A DNA stretch of 64,000 bases from an uncultured Gemmatimonadales bacterium (GCA_963748815.1 CAVVKJ010000009.1:1-64000), one strand, 5' to 3'. Shown: positions 42,603 to 52,926, counted from the stretch's first letter. Notes: generated from the letters alone by a model not told the origin. Program-made: numbers and translations.

Positions 42603-42818
42603 CTACCTCCCGTCCCCCTTCAGGACGAAGGAGATCTTCGCGTTGACCCGGTAGTGCGTGATCTTGTCGCCGTCGATCTCGGCGCTGAAGTTGTCGACCC
42701 AGATCGACTTCAGCCCCTTCACCGTCCTGGCCGCCTCGCGGACCGCGACCTTCACCGCATCATCGAACGACTTGTTCGACTGCGCGATGACTTCAATGAC
42801 CTTGACCATGTCGCTCAT
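42603..42818 (-). CDS. Dodecin family flavin-binding protein
   Basis: KVIEVIAQSNKSFDDAV..AV..A..TVKGL...YRVNAKISF; GGAGG RBS. Confidence 0.9.
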   Translation of the reverse strand: MSDMVKVIEVIAQSNKSFDDAVKVAVREAARTVKGLKSIWVDNFSAEIDGDKITHYRVNAKISFVLKGDGR

Positions 42819-42880
42819 GTTTCCTCCCGGTGATTGTGGGTTGTGCCTACCCACCCAAGGTAACAAGGTGGGCCCGGGAG

Positions 42881-42963
42881 GCGGGGAAGCGGGGAAGCGG
42901 GGAAGCGGGGAAGCGGGGAAGCGGGGAAGCGGGGAAGCGGGGAAGCGGGGAAGCGGGGCCGAA
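42881..42963 (+). repeat. Tandem octamer array (GCGGGGAA)9 + GCGGGGCCGAA
   Basis: Read directly. Confidence 0.95.
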
Positions 42964-42975
42964 TGTCTGATAGAT

Positions 42976-43123
42976 GTCATCCCGGCGCAAGCCGGGATCC
43001 ATTTTCATTTGGGACACTGGACCCCGGCTTTCGCCGGGGTGACGGGCGAGTCATCCCCTTCACGCCTTCACGCCTTCGCGCCTTCGCGTGAGCACCTTGG
43101 ACCCCGGCTTTCGCCGGGGTGAC
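42976..43123. repeat. REP/BIME-like palindrome cluster with (CCTTCRCG)4
   Basis: GTCATCCCGGCGCAAGCCGGGATCCA (42976-43001); TGGACCCCGGCTTTCGCCGGGGTGAC twice (43018-43043, 43098-43123); CCTTCRCG x4 (43057-43088). Confidence 0.85.
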
Positions 43124-43142
43124 AATCTGGCGCGGGGTGACG

Positions 43143-45351
43143 TCATGTCGTGCGGTTGATGCGCAAGGGCAGTTTCCGCAGCCGTTCCCCCGTCAGCGCG
43201 AACACCGCGTTGGCCACTGCCGGCGCGATCGGCGGCACCCCCGGCTCCCCCACCCCGCCCGGCGGCTCCGTGCTCGGCACGATATGCACCTCCACCACGG
43301 GCGCCGTCGGCATCCGCACCATCTCGTAGTCGTAGAAGTTGCTCTGCTGGACCCGCCCCTTGTCGAGGGTGATCTCGCCGTGCAGCGCGGCGGTGAGCCC
43401 GAAGATGACCCCACCCTGCATCTGTGCCGTGATCAGCCCCGGGTTGACCGGCGTGCCGCAATCCACCGCGCACGTCACCCGGTGCACCTGGATGACCCCG
43501 GCCGGTGACACCGACACCTCCGCGACTTCCGCCACGATGCTGCCGAAGGAACGCACGATGGCCAAGCCGCGCGCGCGGCCGGGGGGGAGCGGGCTCCCCC
43601 ACCCCGAGCGAATCGCCGCGCGCTTGAGCACCGCCGACATCCGCGGGTCGTCCTTGAGCAACCGGTGGCGATAGATGAGCGGATCCTGCCCGGCCGCCGC
43701 CGCGAGTTCGTCGACGAAGCTCTCGGTCACGAACGAGTTCTGCGAGTGGCCCACCGAACGCCAGAAGCCGACCGGCACCGGCAGGGTCAGTTCCCGCCAG
43801 TCCACCAGGAGGTTCGGCACCGCGTACGGGAGGTCGGCCGACCCCTCCACCGCGGATGGATCGACGCCGTGCTCCAGCGCTCCCGTCAGGCTCATGGCGA
43901 AGTCGGGCAGCCACCCCGGCACCCAGTTCCGGATGATCGACTGGCAGGCGATCCGCTGGCGCCATGCCGCCGGCAGCCCGTCGCTCCCCAGGGAAGCCGA
44001 AAGTGCGTGGGCGGTGATGGGGCGGTAATAGTCGTGCCGGGTGTCGTCCTCCCGGCTCCAGATGACCTGGACCGGCCGCGCGATTTCCCGGGCGACCAGC
44101 ACCGCCTCCGTCACGTAGTCCACCTCGAGCCGGCGGCCGAATCCCCCGCCGAGAAAGGTGGTGTTGATGGTGACGTCCGAGGTGGAAACGCCGGCCGCGT
44201 CCGCCGCGACCCCGCGCGCGCCACCCTTGTTGAGGAAGCCGGGACCCATCTGGAATTGGGTCGGCGCCCAGACCTCCACTCGGCCGTCGTGCACCCAGGC
44301 GGTGCAGTTCTGCGGCTCCATCGTGGCATGGGCGAGGTAGGGGGCCTCGTACAGCGCGTCGACCCTCGTGCCCCCCGACGCCAGCGCCGCGTTCGCGTCG
44401 CCGACTTCGCGCGCCACCTTGCCCTCGTCCGACGCGAGGAGGCGCTGCAGCTGCCCGGCGATTCCCGCGGACGACAACGACGCGCCGGCGCCCTCGTCCC
44501 AGGTGATCTCGAGCGCCCGGCGCCCCTTCACCGCCTGCCAGTAGTGCTCGGCCACCACGGCGACCCGGTCCTTCAGCCGCACCACCTTGATGACCCCCGG
44601 CATGCCTGCCACCACTGCCTCCCCTGCCACGCTGCCCACCTGCCCCCCCGGCACCGGGCAGCGCTCCACGCTGGCGTACACCATGTCCGGAAGCCGCACG
44701 TCGATGCCAAAGGTGGCGGTCCCGCGCACCTTGGCAACATTGTCGAGCCGGTCGACCGACGTGCCGATGAGCCGGAAATCCTTCGGGTCCTTGAGGGGAA
44801 TGTCCTTGGGCACCGGGAGCACGTTCGCGTCCGCCACCAGCGCGCCGAAGTCGAGTTCCTCGCCGGTGGCGTCGTTCCGGACCATGCCGGAGGCGGTGCT
44901 GCAGGAGGCCGCCGGCACGCCCCACCGGCCTGCCGCCGCCGCAATCAGCATCGCGCGCGCCGTCGCCCCGGCCTGTCGCATCGGCAGCCACCCGGTGCGG
45001 ATGCTGGTGCTCCCGCCGGTCACCTGCGCCTGCAGTGCCGGGTTGTAGTACGCCTTGGCCGCCGGCGCCTGCACGAAGGTGACCCGTTCCCAGCCGCAGT
45101 CGAGCTCCTCCGCCAGCAGCATCGCGAGCCCGGTGGTCGGCCCCTGCCCCATTTCCGAACGACCGATGACCACCGTCACCATGCCGTCGGGCGAGAGGCG
45201 CAGGAAGGCATCCGGCGCGAAGATCCAGTCGGGGGCGTCCGGCGCGCCGCTGCCGCACCCCTGGAAGTAGACGGCCAGCGTCAGCCCGGCGCCGGCGGTC
45301 GACGGCCGCCTTGACGAAGTCCCTTCGGGTGACGCCGTCGGAACCGCTCAC
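43143..45351 (-). CDS. Xanthine-oxidase-family molybdopterin subunit, isoquinoline 1-oxidoreductase beta-like, Tat signal (frameshift ~45300)
   Basis: VTRRDFVK Tat motif; [39 protein letters not shown]. Confidence 0.88.
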
Positions 45352-45806
45352 GAGGTGGCCTCCGCGGCGCGGTGAATGGCCAGCCGGATCCGTTCGTAGG
45401 TGCCGCACCGGCAGATGTTGCCCGCCATGGCCGTGTCGATGTCCTGGTCGGTAGGACGCGGGGTCCCGGCGAGGAGGGCGGCGGCGGACATGATTTGCCC
45501 GACCTGGCAGTAACCGCACTGCGGGACCTGTTCCCGGAGCCACGCCAGCTGCACCGGATGACTCCCGTCGGCGGAGAGACCCTCGATGGTGGTGATGGCC
45601 CGCGCCCCGACATCCCGCACGATCCACTGGCAGGAGCGGGTGGCCTCGCCGTCGAGGTGGACGGTGCAGGCGCCGCATTGGCCCACGCCGCACCCGAACT
45701 TGGTGCCGGTCAGGTTGAGATGGTCCCGCAGCACCCAGAGGAGGGGGGTGTCGGGGTCGACATCCACGGTGGTGGAGGTGCCGTTGATGCGCAGGGTGTA
45801 CTGCAC
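45348..45806 (-). CDS. (2Fe-2S)-binding subunit (IorA/CoxS-like)
   Basis: [24 protein letters not shown]. Confidence 0.93.
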   Translation of the reverse strand: MQYTLRINGTSTTVDVDPDTPLLWVLRDHLNLTGTKFGCGVGQCGACTVHLDGEATRSCQWIVRDVGARAITTIEGLSADGSHPVQLAWLREQVPQCGYCQVGQIMSAAALLAGTPRPTDQDIDTAMAGNICRCGTYERIRLAIHRAAEATS

Positions 45807-45872
45807 GTGGCCGATCCGGAAAGGAGTGCCGGAACTAATGGCACTCCCCCCGGTGGCGTCAAGCGGTTTGGG

Positions 45873-46280
45873 CTACTTCTGTACCTGCAGGCTGTAGGTG
45901 CCCACAGCGCGCTGGGCGTAGGTGACCTTGGCGGCCACCTGCAGCAGCTGGGTGGTGATGGACGACGCCTTGCTGACGTCGGCCACGTAGAGCGTCAGGA
46001 GGTTGCTCCCGGTCGCGATGTCGCCGGTCACGATGGCGCGCACCACGTTCGGGCCCGGGATCGACTGGTAGAGCGTGAGGCCCGCGGGGGCCACGACGGA
46101 ATCCACCACGCCGGTCACCTGGAACATCACGGCGCCGTCGTCGGTGTTGGGGGTGGTGATGACCACCCGCAGCGGACCGGCCACCGGCCCGGTGGGGCCG
46201 CCGCCGCTATCGCTGCCACAGCCGGCGGCCACCACGAGGGCGGCCACGAGGGCGGTGCCCCGGATCAGGGTCGACTTCAT
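45873..46280 (-). CDS. Small beta-rich lipoprotein, unknown function
   Basis: Lipobox AAGC, Gly/Ser linker, alternating beta pattern; ATGA overlap with the protease stop. Confidence 0.75.
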   Translation of the reverse strand: MKSTLIRGTALVAALVVAAGCGSDSGGGPTGPVAGPLRVVITTPNTDDGAVMFQVTGVVDSVVAPAGLTLYQSIPGPNVVRAIVTGDIATGSNLLTLYVADVSKASSITTQLLQVAAKVTYAQRAVGTYSLQVQK

Positions 46281-48295
46281 GGGGTCACTCCCTTCGGCGT
46301 CTGCGCCGTAGTCGGGCCTGCCGCAGCAAGCAATTTGGCCATCAGCTCAGGCGGGACGCCCTGGCCGGAAATGGTGACCCAGCGCAGGAAGTCGCCGAGG
46401 TCGTAGGTGCCGTTGTTGTTGCCCTCCTGGTCGAGCAGGGTGCGCTGTGCCACCGAGAGGCTCGGCACGCCGAGCAGGTCGTTCGCCGCGGCGGTCGTGG
46501 TAAAGACGGCCACGAACGTGAACTGCGCGGTCAGCGCCCAGTTCCGGTCCATGGTCACGATCAGCTCGGCGTTGGTGGTGGTCGTGTCGCCCGCCCAGCC
46601 GACAAAGGTGTGTCCCACCGCCGGGAGCGCGGTCAGCGTCACCACGGTGCCCGGCGGCACGCCGACCCCCGCCGCCAGGTCGCCCGCGACCGACGACTGA
46701 ATGGTGCCGGTTCCAGTGCCGAACTTGGTCACCTGCAGCAGCTGTTCAACGCGGTACCGGAACCGGACGACCTGGCCGGATTCGATGCGGATCGAGTCGA
46801 TCAGCCCCGGCAGGGAGGCGCCGGCGTTGGTGCGGAAGGCGGGGTTGGTGTTGGCGTTGAACGTCGTGTTGTTCGTGGAGCCGGGGAAGGCGTCGCCCAC
46901 GTCGCCCCGGTTGTTCTGCCCGGCCGGCGCGCGAAGCTGGTTCAGGCCGTCGGCCTGCATCAGCGCCACCCCCTGGACCGCCCCGGTGTTGACGGTGTTG
47001 GTATTGAGCCCGGTGTTGATGCGGGACTGGTCGATGTGCCAGATGTAGAGCCCGGGTGACTTGACCCGACTGTACGCCGGGTTCATCTGCGCGGTATCGC
47101 TCTCGATCGCGGCGCGGTTCTCGAGGATGAAGTACTCGCCCGGCGTCGCGGTCTTGAGGATCCGGACCGTGTCGGAGGTGGCCACCGGGTTCATGGTGAT
47201 GGTGCCCGAGGCGGCGATCGTGTCGGCCTTGACCCAGCCGAGTTCCAGGAGCGACCACCCCTCCATGCGGGACGGGCTGTACGCGCGGGCGTAGTTGCCG
47301 GAGCCCATGAGGCCGAACTCGCCGATGCCCTGGGTGCCGGTCTGGGTGTCGTAGAGGTCGGGAAGGCCGAAGGCGTGGCCGGTCTCGTGGGCCACGGTGC
47401 CGATCGGCATGATCTGTCCGGCGGTGCAGGAGCTGTTGCCGCCCTGGCCACTCTGGATGGTGTAGTCGGAGATCCGGATCTTGCCGCCGCCGAAGCGGTT
47501 GGTCTTGGTGACGAACGGCGACCCGTTCATCCACCCTTCCATGACCCAGCGGTGCGCCCAGATGTGGACGGTGCCGCAGGCGCCGTCGACCTCGGGCTGG
47601 ATGAAGGTGACGAAGTCCACGTAGCCGTCGTCGTCGCCCGAATTCGGGATGCCGTCCGGCCCGTCATTGTCGTAGGCCGACCAGACCGTGAGGGAGTCGG
47701 CCCCATTGGACACCTTGGTCAGCGCCCCGACGAGCATCGTGCCGAACCGGGCACCGCCGTCCGAGCAGGGGTTCTGCACGCCGATGCCGTTGCAGCCGTT
47801 TTCGTAGTAGGCGGCGCTCGAGTCGGCGGCGACCCACGGGAAGACGACGCCCGACATCGTGATGTTCCCGTTGGCCAGCTGCTCGTAGTACGTCTTGAGG
47901 CTGTACGGGTTCACCGCCGGCGCCGGCGAGAAGAGCACGTCCTGGTACTGCGCCGTGGTGAAGAGCGTCAGGGTGTCGGTGTTCGAGAACCGGACCGCCA
48001 CCACGGGAATCACGAAGTTGCCCGTGACGACCGTTGCCGACCGGCCCGGCGCGCTGGCGTTCAGGGTCCCGAACTGCCCCGCCGAGAGGAGGGCCTGCCG
48101 AGTGGCCCGGATACTGGCGGTCTGCTTCCGCCAGGCGCCATTGGGCCGGAAATCGAGGCCCCGGACCTCGAACTGCCCGGGCCGAGCCCGGGGGTACTGG
48201 GCTGCCGCCGGCGCGACTCCAGCCAGCAACAGCACCGCCGCCCCGATCAGGGACGGGAAAGCCGAGTTAAACCGCAATGGGGATGCTCCTGGCAA
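46277..48295 (-). CDS. M6-family (immune inhibitor A-like) secreted metalloprotease
   Basis: Signal peptide; DDDGYVD, IWAHRW, HETGHAFGLPDLY, GLMGSG, EYFILENR, GLYIWHID; start uncertain. Confidence 0.9.
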   Translation of the reverse strand: MPGASPLRFNSAFPSLIGAAVLLLAGVAPAAAQYPRARPGQFEVRGLDFRPNGAWRKQTASIRATRQALLSAGQFGTLNASAPGRSATVVTGNFVIPVVAVRFSNTDTLTLFTTAQYQDVLFSPAPAVNPYSLKTYYEQLANGNITMSGVVFPWVAADSSAAYYENGCNGIGVQNPCSDGGARFGTMLVGALTKVSNGADSLTVWSAYDNDGPDGIPNSGDDDGYVDFVTFIQPEVDGACGTVHIWAHRWVMEGWMNGSPFVTKTNRFGGGKIRISDYTIQSGQGGNSSCTAGQIMPIGTVAHETGHAFGLPDLYDTQTGTQGIGEFGLMGSGNYARAYSPSRMEGWSLLELGWVKADTIAASGTITMNPVATSDTVRILKTATPGEYFILENRAAIESDTAQMNPAYSRVKSPGLYIWHIDQSRINTGLNTNTVNTGAVQGVALMQADGLNQLRAPAGQNNRGDVGDAFPGSTNNTTFNANTNPAFRTNAGASLPGLIDSIRIESGQVVRFRYRVEQLLQVTKFGTGTGTIQSSVAGDLAAGVGVPPGTVVTLTALPAVGHTFVGWAGDTTTTNAELIVTMDRNWALTAQFTFVAVFTTTAAANDLLGVPSLSVAQRTLLDQEGNNNGTYDLGDFLRWVTISGQGVPPELMAKLLAAAGPTTAQTPKGVTP

Positions 48296-48361
48296 GAGAC
48301 AAATGAGGGTGGCACAAAGTAGCGTCCGGCGGCCGAAAACTCAATGAACCACCCCAATGAG

Positions 48362-48674
48362 GCGGGGCAGCGGGGCGGCGGGGCAGCGGGGAAGCGGGGA
48401 AGCGGGGAAGCGGGGAAGCGGGGAAGCGGGGAAGCGGGGAAGCGGGGAAGCGGGGAAGCGGGGAAGCGGGGAAGCGGGGCCGAAGGTGAGCACGGCCACT
48501 GAACCTGTCAACAGGCAGCCTGATGGGATTGACCAACCGCGGGGATTTTCGGCATCCGGCACGTTGGGTTGAACCCGTTTGAATAGGGGTGGGCATATGC
48601 CCACCCCGGCCGGTGCGCCCGCGCATGGGGATGCGATTGCATTCGGGGCTCCGCCCACCCCGGCCGGTGCGCCC
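48362..48674 (+). repeat. Octamer array (3 variant + 11 GCGGGGAA units) followed by conserved ~200-nt element, copy A
   Basis: Array 48362-48479; tail colinear with 54495-54650; hairpin GGGGTGGGC-ATAT-GCCCACCCC at 48586-48607. Confidence 0.9.
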
Positions 48675-48789
48675 TCCGGCCCCCCTGCCCCCAAGCTTGT
48701 GCCCTGCCCCCCAATTTTGTAGTTTAAACCGTTCTGTTACATAGCGATGGGGGGCGACCCTCAGGACCATTCAGCCCGCCCGAGGTTCC

Positions 48790-49998
48790 GTGGCCACTCA
48801 GACCCTTCCGCACGTCGCGCTGTTCGACAAGTGCCGTGATTTCACCAAGGTCGATGAGATCAGGGCAGCCGGGCTGTATCCCTACTTCAAGCCGATCTCG
48901 GAGTCGGAAGACACCGTCGTCGTCATCGAAGGCCAAAAGCGGATCATGCTCGGGTCGAACAACTACCTCGGCCTGACCCACCACCCCAAGGTGCTCGAGG
49001 CCGCCTCCCGCGCCCTGCACCGCTACGGCTCCGGCTGCACCGGGAGCCGCTTCCTGAACGGCACCCTCGACCTGCACCAGCAGCTCGAGGCCGCCCTCGC
49101 CGAGTTTGTCGGCAAGGAAGACTGTCTCGTCTTCTCCACCGGCTATAACGCCAATCTCGGCCTCATCTCCGCCCTGGTCGGCAAGGACGACGTCGTCTAC
49201 CTCGACAAGCTCGACCACGCCTCGATCGTCGACGGCGCAAAAATGTCGTACGGGACCACCAGCCGCTTCAACCACGGCAACCTGGCCCAGCTCGACCGCA
49301 AGATGGCGCCCGATGCCGCCGCCGGCCGGGGGATGATGATCATCGTGGACGGGGTCTACTCCATGGAAGGCGACATCGCCGACGTGGCCGGCCTGTCCGC
49401 CCTGGCCCGGAAGCACGGCGCCGCCCTCGCCATCGACGACGCCCACTCCCTCGGCGTCCTCGGCCCCAAGGGCGACGGCACCGCCGCCCACTTCGGGATG
49501 ACCGACGACGTCGACATCATCGCCGGCACCTTCTCGAAGTCGCTGGCCTCCATCGGCGGATTTGTCGCCGCCCGCGCCAATGTCATCGACTACCTGCGGC
49601 ACCACTGCCGGCCGCTCATCTTTACCGCGTCGCTCCCCCCGGCCAACACCGCCGGCGTACTTGCGGCCCTCGAAGTGATGCAGCAGGAGCCGGAGCGGCG
49701 CGAGGCCCTCTGGGCCAACACCCGCCGCCTGCAGGACGGCTTCCGCCACCTCGGCTTCGACATCGGGCCGACCGAAACCCCGATCGTGCCCGTACTCGTC
49801 GGCCCGCTCGAGACCACCTTCCTCTTCTGGCGGAAGCTCTTCGACGCCGGCGTCTTCACCAATCCGGTGGCGCCCCCGGCCGTTCCGCCGGCGCAGTGCC
49901 GGCTCCGGACCAGCCTCATGGCCACCCACACCTTCGATCAGATCGACTTCGCACTCGAGGCCTTCGCGAAGATCGGTCGCGAGCTCGGCGTCATCTGA
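48790..49998 (+). CDS. spt: Serine palmitoyltransferase (alpha-oxoamine synthase, PLP class II)
   Basis: LYPYF, LGSNNYLGL, GSRFLNGT, HASIVDG, DGVYSMEGD, DDAH, GTFSKS. The family is clear; Spt rather than BioF/Kbl is inferred from the downstream genes. Confidence 0.75.
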   Translation: MATQTLPHVALFDKCRDFTKVDEIRAAGLYPYFKPISESEDTVVVIEGQKRIMLGSNNYLGLTHHPKVLEAASRALHRYGSGCTGSRFLNGTLDLHQQLEAALAEFVGKEDCLVFSTGYNANLGLISALVGKDDVVYLDKLDHASIVDGAKMSYGTTSRFNHGNLAQLDRKMAPDAAAGRGMMIIVDGVYSMEGDIADVAGLSALARKHGAALAIDDAHSLGVLGPKGDGTAAHFGMTDDVDIIAGTFSKSLASIGGFVAARANVIDYLRHHCRPLIFTASLPPANTAGVLAALEVMQQEPERREALWANTRRLQDGFRHLGFDIGPTETPIVPVLVGPLETTFLFWRKLFDAGVFTNPVAPPAVPPAQCRLRTSLMATHTFDQIDFALEAFAKIGRELGVI

Positions 49999-51140
49999 AC
50001 GGAGCCCTCCAGGTCACGCCGGTCCGCACCGGCGCCGACCTCAACGCCTTCATTGCCCTGCCCTACCGGCTGCACGCGGCGGACCCGAACTGGGTTCCGC
50101 CGCTCCGCATGGACGTGCGCACCCTGCTCGACCGCGCCAAGAACCCCTTTTTCGAGCACGGCGAGGCGGAGTATTTCCTCGCCACCCGCGCGGGCGCCGT
50201 GGTCGGCCGCATCACCGCCCAGATCAACACCCTCCACAACCAGATCCACGAAGACAAGGTCGGCTTCTTCGGGTTCTTCGAGTGCGAGAACGACCAGGCC
50301 ATCGCCGACGCGCTCTTCGACACCGCCGCCGCCTGGCTCCGGACTCGCGGCTTCGACACCATGCGGGGCCCCGCCTCCTTCTCGGTGAACGACGAATGCG
50401 GCCTCAAGGTGGACGGCTTCGACACACCGCCGACCATCATGATGCCGCACAACCCGCCCTACTACGTCCAGCTGGTGGAACTCGCCGGGTTCGTGAAGGC
50501 CAAGGACCTGCTCATCTACCAGGGCGGCGACCTCACCTTCCGGGCCTACAAGCCGGTGCACGAGCGGCTGACCCGCGCCGTGAGCATCATGCAAACCCGG
50601 ATGGGCGTCACCCTGCGGCCGATCGACATGACGCGGTTCCACGAAGAAATCGAGCTGGTCAAGTCGCTGTACAACCGGTCCTGGGAAAAGAACTGGGGCT
50701 TCGTCCCCATGACCGATCACGAGATCGACCACCTCGCGAAGCAGTTCAAGCCGGTCATCGTCCCCGACCTGATCACCTTCGCGGAGAAGGACGGCGTCCC
50801 GGTCGGCTTTTCGCTGGCCATTCCCGACTTCAACGTCATCTTCCGCACCAATCGGCAGGGCCGCCTCACGCCGATGGTCATCCTCCGCCTCCTCTGGGCG
50901 CTGAAGCGGGAAAAGCTCCGGCGCTGCCGCATCCCCCTCCTCGGCGTCGTGCCGGAGTTCCGGGGCCGCGGGCTCGATTCGGTGCTCTACCACGCGGTCT
51001 GGACCAAGGCCGCCGAGCACGGGATCTACTGGGGCGAAGGGGGCTGGATCCTCGAGGACAATCCCGCCATGAACATGGGGCTCTCCAAGATGGGATTCAC
51101 CGTGTACCAGATTCTCCGGATGTACGACCGACCGCTGTGA
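49995..51140 (+). CDS. GNAT-fold acyltransferase, bacterial ceramide synthase (bCerS)-like
   Basis: DPNWVPPL, NPFFEH, VGRITA, GFFGFFE, MRGP, HNPPYY, WEKNWGFVP, LGVVPEFRGRG, WILEDN; start uncertain (in-frame CTG overlapping the spt stop). Confidence 0.75.
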   Translation: MNGALQVTPVRTGADLNAFIALPYRLHAADPNWVPPLRMDVRTLLDRAKNPFFEHGEAEYFLATRAGAVVGRITAQINTLHNQIHEDKVGFFGFFECENDQAIADALFDTAAAWLRTRGFDTMRGPASFSVNDECGLKVDGFDTPPTIMMPHNPPYYVQLVELAGFVKAKDLLIYQGGDLTFRAYKPVHERLTRAVSIMQTRMGVTLRPIDMTRFHEEIELVKSLYNRSWEKNWGFVPMTDHEIDHLAKQFKPVIVPDLITFAEKDGVPVGFSLAIPDFNVIFRTNRQGRLTPMVILRLLWALKREKLRRCRIPLLGVVPEFRGRGLDSVLYHAVWTKAAEHGIYWGEGGWILEDNPAMNMGLSKMGFTVYQILRMYDRPL

Positions 51141-52105
51141 AGGCGCTCGTCACCGGCGGCACCGGCTTCGTCGGCAGTCACCTCATCGACTCATTGCTGC
51201 ATCGCGGGGACGAGGTCACCGCGCTGGTCCGGACGCCCGCCAAGGCGGCCGGCCTCGCCGAGCGCGGCGTCCGGCTGGTCCGGGGCGACCTGGCGGCGCT
51301 CGACGCCCTGCGCGAGGCCGCCGAAGGGGCGGACGTCATCTACCACGTGGCGGGCGTCGTGGCCGCGCGCAACGACGCGGAGTTCCTGCAGGCCAATCGC
51401 GACGGGACGGCCAATCTCCTGGCCGCGGCACGCCAGTCGGGATCGCCCCGCTTCGTGCTCGTCTCCACCCTGGCCGCCGCCGGACCGGCCGCCCGGGGGG
51501 TCCCCCTCGTGGGAGGGGAACCGCCCCGGCCGGTGACCGCCTACGGCCGCAGCAAGCTGGCCGGCGAAGAGGTGGTGCGGTCCAGCCCCCTTCCCTGGGT
51601 CATCCTCCGCCCCCCGATGGTCTACGGCCCCCGGGACACCGAGGTGCTCAAGCTCTTCAAGATGGCCAAGTGGGGCGTGTCACCCGTTTTCGGGAAGGGC
51701 GACCAGGAACTCTCGGCCATCTTCGGCCCCGATCTCGCCGACGCGCTCATCGCCGCGGGTACCAGCGCGAACGCCGTCGGCAAGACCTACCTCCCCTGTC
51801 ACCCCGAAGTCTTCACTTCCGGCGCCTTCGCGCGACAGATCGGCACCGCGGTGGGCCGGGATGTCCTGGTGCTGTCGGTGCCCGAAGTGATCGGCCGCGG
51901 ACTCCTGGCCGCGATCGGCGGCGCCGCGAAACTCACCGGCACCGCCAGCATCCTCTCCTCCGAGAAGGCGGACGAGTTCTTCGAGGCGGCGTGGACCGGA
52001 AGCCCCGCCGAATTCATGGCCGATACCGGCTGGCGCCCCTCCACCGACATCGCGAAGGGACTGGCGGAGACGATGGCGTGGTATCGCGCCGAGGCGTGGC
52101 TCTGA
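51137..52105 (+). CDS. NAD-dependent epimerase/dehydratase (extended SDR), putative ceramide reductase CerR-like
   Basis: GTG start, VTGGTGFVG, YGRSK, LRPPMVYGP; GTGA overlap. Confidence 0.8.
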   Translation: MKALVTGGTGFVGSHLIDSLLHRGDEVTALVRTPAKAAGLAERGVRLVRGDLAALDALREAAEGADVIYHVAGVVAARNDAEFLQANRDGTANLLAAARQSGSPRFVLVSTLAAAGPAARGVPLVGGEPPRPVTAYGRSKLAGEEVVRSSPLPWVILRPPMVYGPRDTEVLKLFKMAKWGVSPVFGKGDQELSAIFGPDLADALIAAGTSANAVGKTYLPCHPEVFTSGAFARQIGTAVGRDVLVLSVPEVIGRGLLAAIGGAAKLTGTASILSSEKADEFFEAAWTGSPAEFMADTGWRPSTDIAKGLAETMAWYRAEAWL

Positions 52106-52926
52106 TGCGAACGCTGGACAAGGTGATCCTGGGCTACGTCGCGATCGTCTCCGCCCTGGCGCTCTGGCGGGCGCCGGAGAGCCCCGGCTGCTGGTGGCTC
52201 CTGGGAGCCCACGCCCTCGTGGTCGTGCTGATCCTGCTGCTGACCCGTCCGGGGCTGGGGCCGGTGGGGCGGGTGCTGCGGGAGTTATACCCCGTCATCC
52301 TGCTCATCCTCTTCTACAGCGAAATCGACATCCTGAATGCCGGCGGCATCGTGATACACGACGCCACGGTGCAGCGCTGGGAGCTGGCCCTCTTCGGCGA
52401 GCAGCTGAGCCAGACCCTCTGGCGGGACCGCTTCCCGAGCACCGTTCTCTCGACCATTCTGCACGCCTCCTATTGGAGCTATTACCCGCTCCTCCTCCTG
52501 CCGGTCGGCTATTTCGCGCTGCGGAAGGACTGGTTCTCGCTCCGGCGCACGATGTACGTCGTGATCCTGACCCTCCTCGCCTGCTACCTGGTCTTCCTCA
52601 CCTGGCCGGTGGTGGGGCCGTACTACGAATTCGCGCGCCCCGACGCCTGGTTCCTCGACAATCCCCCGGCCCGGCTGGTCTACGCGATGCTGGCGTCAGG
52701 GAGCTCGTATGGCGCGGCGTTCCCGTCGTCGCACGTCGCGGCCACGATGGCCGCCACCTCCGGCGCCTGGCGCGGCGACCGCCGGCTCGGCCTCGCGATG
52801 CTGCTCCCGATGGTGCTGCTCATCATTTCGGTGGTGTACTGCCAGATGCACTACGGGGTGGACGCGTTGACGGGGATGGTCGTGGGCGCAGGGGCGTGGT
52901 GGGCGGGAGGGAAATACAGGGAATAG
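52105..52926 (+). CDS. PAP2-superfamily membrane protein (Aur1/IPC-synthase-like)
   Basis: ATG 52105; multi-TM; WPVVGP, AFPSSHVA, MHYGVD motifs. Confidence 0.78.
   Translation: MRTLDKVILGYVAIVSALALWRAPESPGCWWLLGAHALVVVLILLLTRPGLGPVGRVLRELYPVILLILFYSEIDILNAGGIVIHDATVQRWELALFGEQLSQTLWRDRFPSTVLSTILHASYWSYYPLLLLPVGYFALRKDWFSLRRTMYVVILTLLACYLVFLTWPVVGPYYEFARPDAWFLDNPPARLVYAMLASGSSYGAAFPSSHVAATMAATSGAWRGDRRLGLAMLLPMVLLIISVVYCQMHYGVDALTGMVVGAGAWWAGGKYRE

Noticed and set aside
48474..48629. Conserved element as a small protein-coding gene
   Set aside because: Some substitutions are synonymous in one + frame, but copy A has an in-frame TGA, there is no common start/RBS, and first-position changes are about as frequent as third-position ones. 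Not fully excluded as a decayed remnant.
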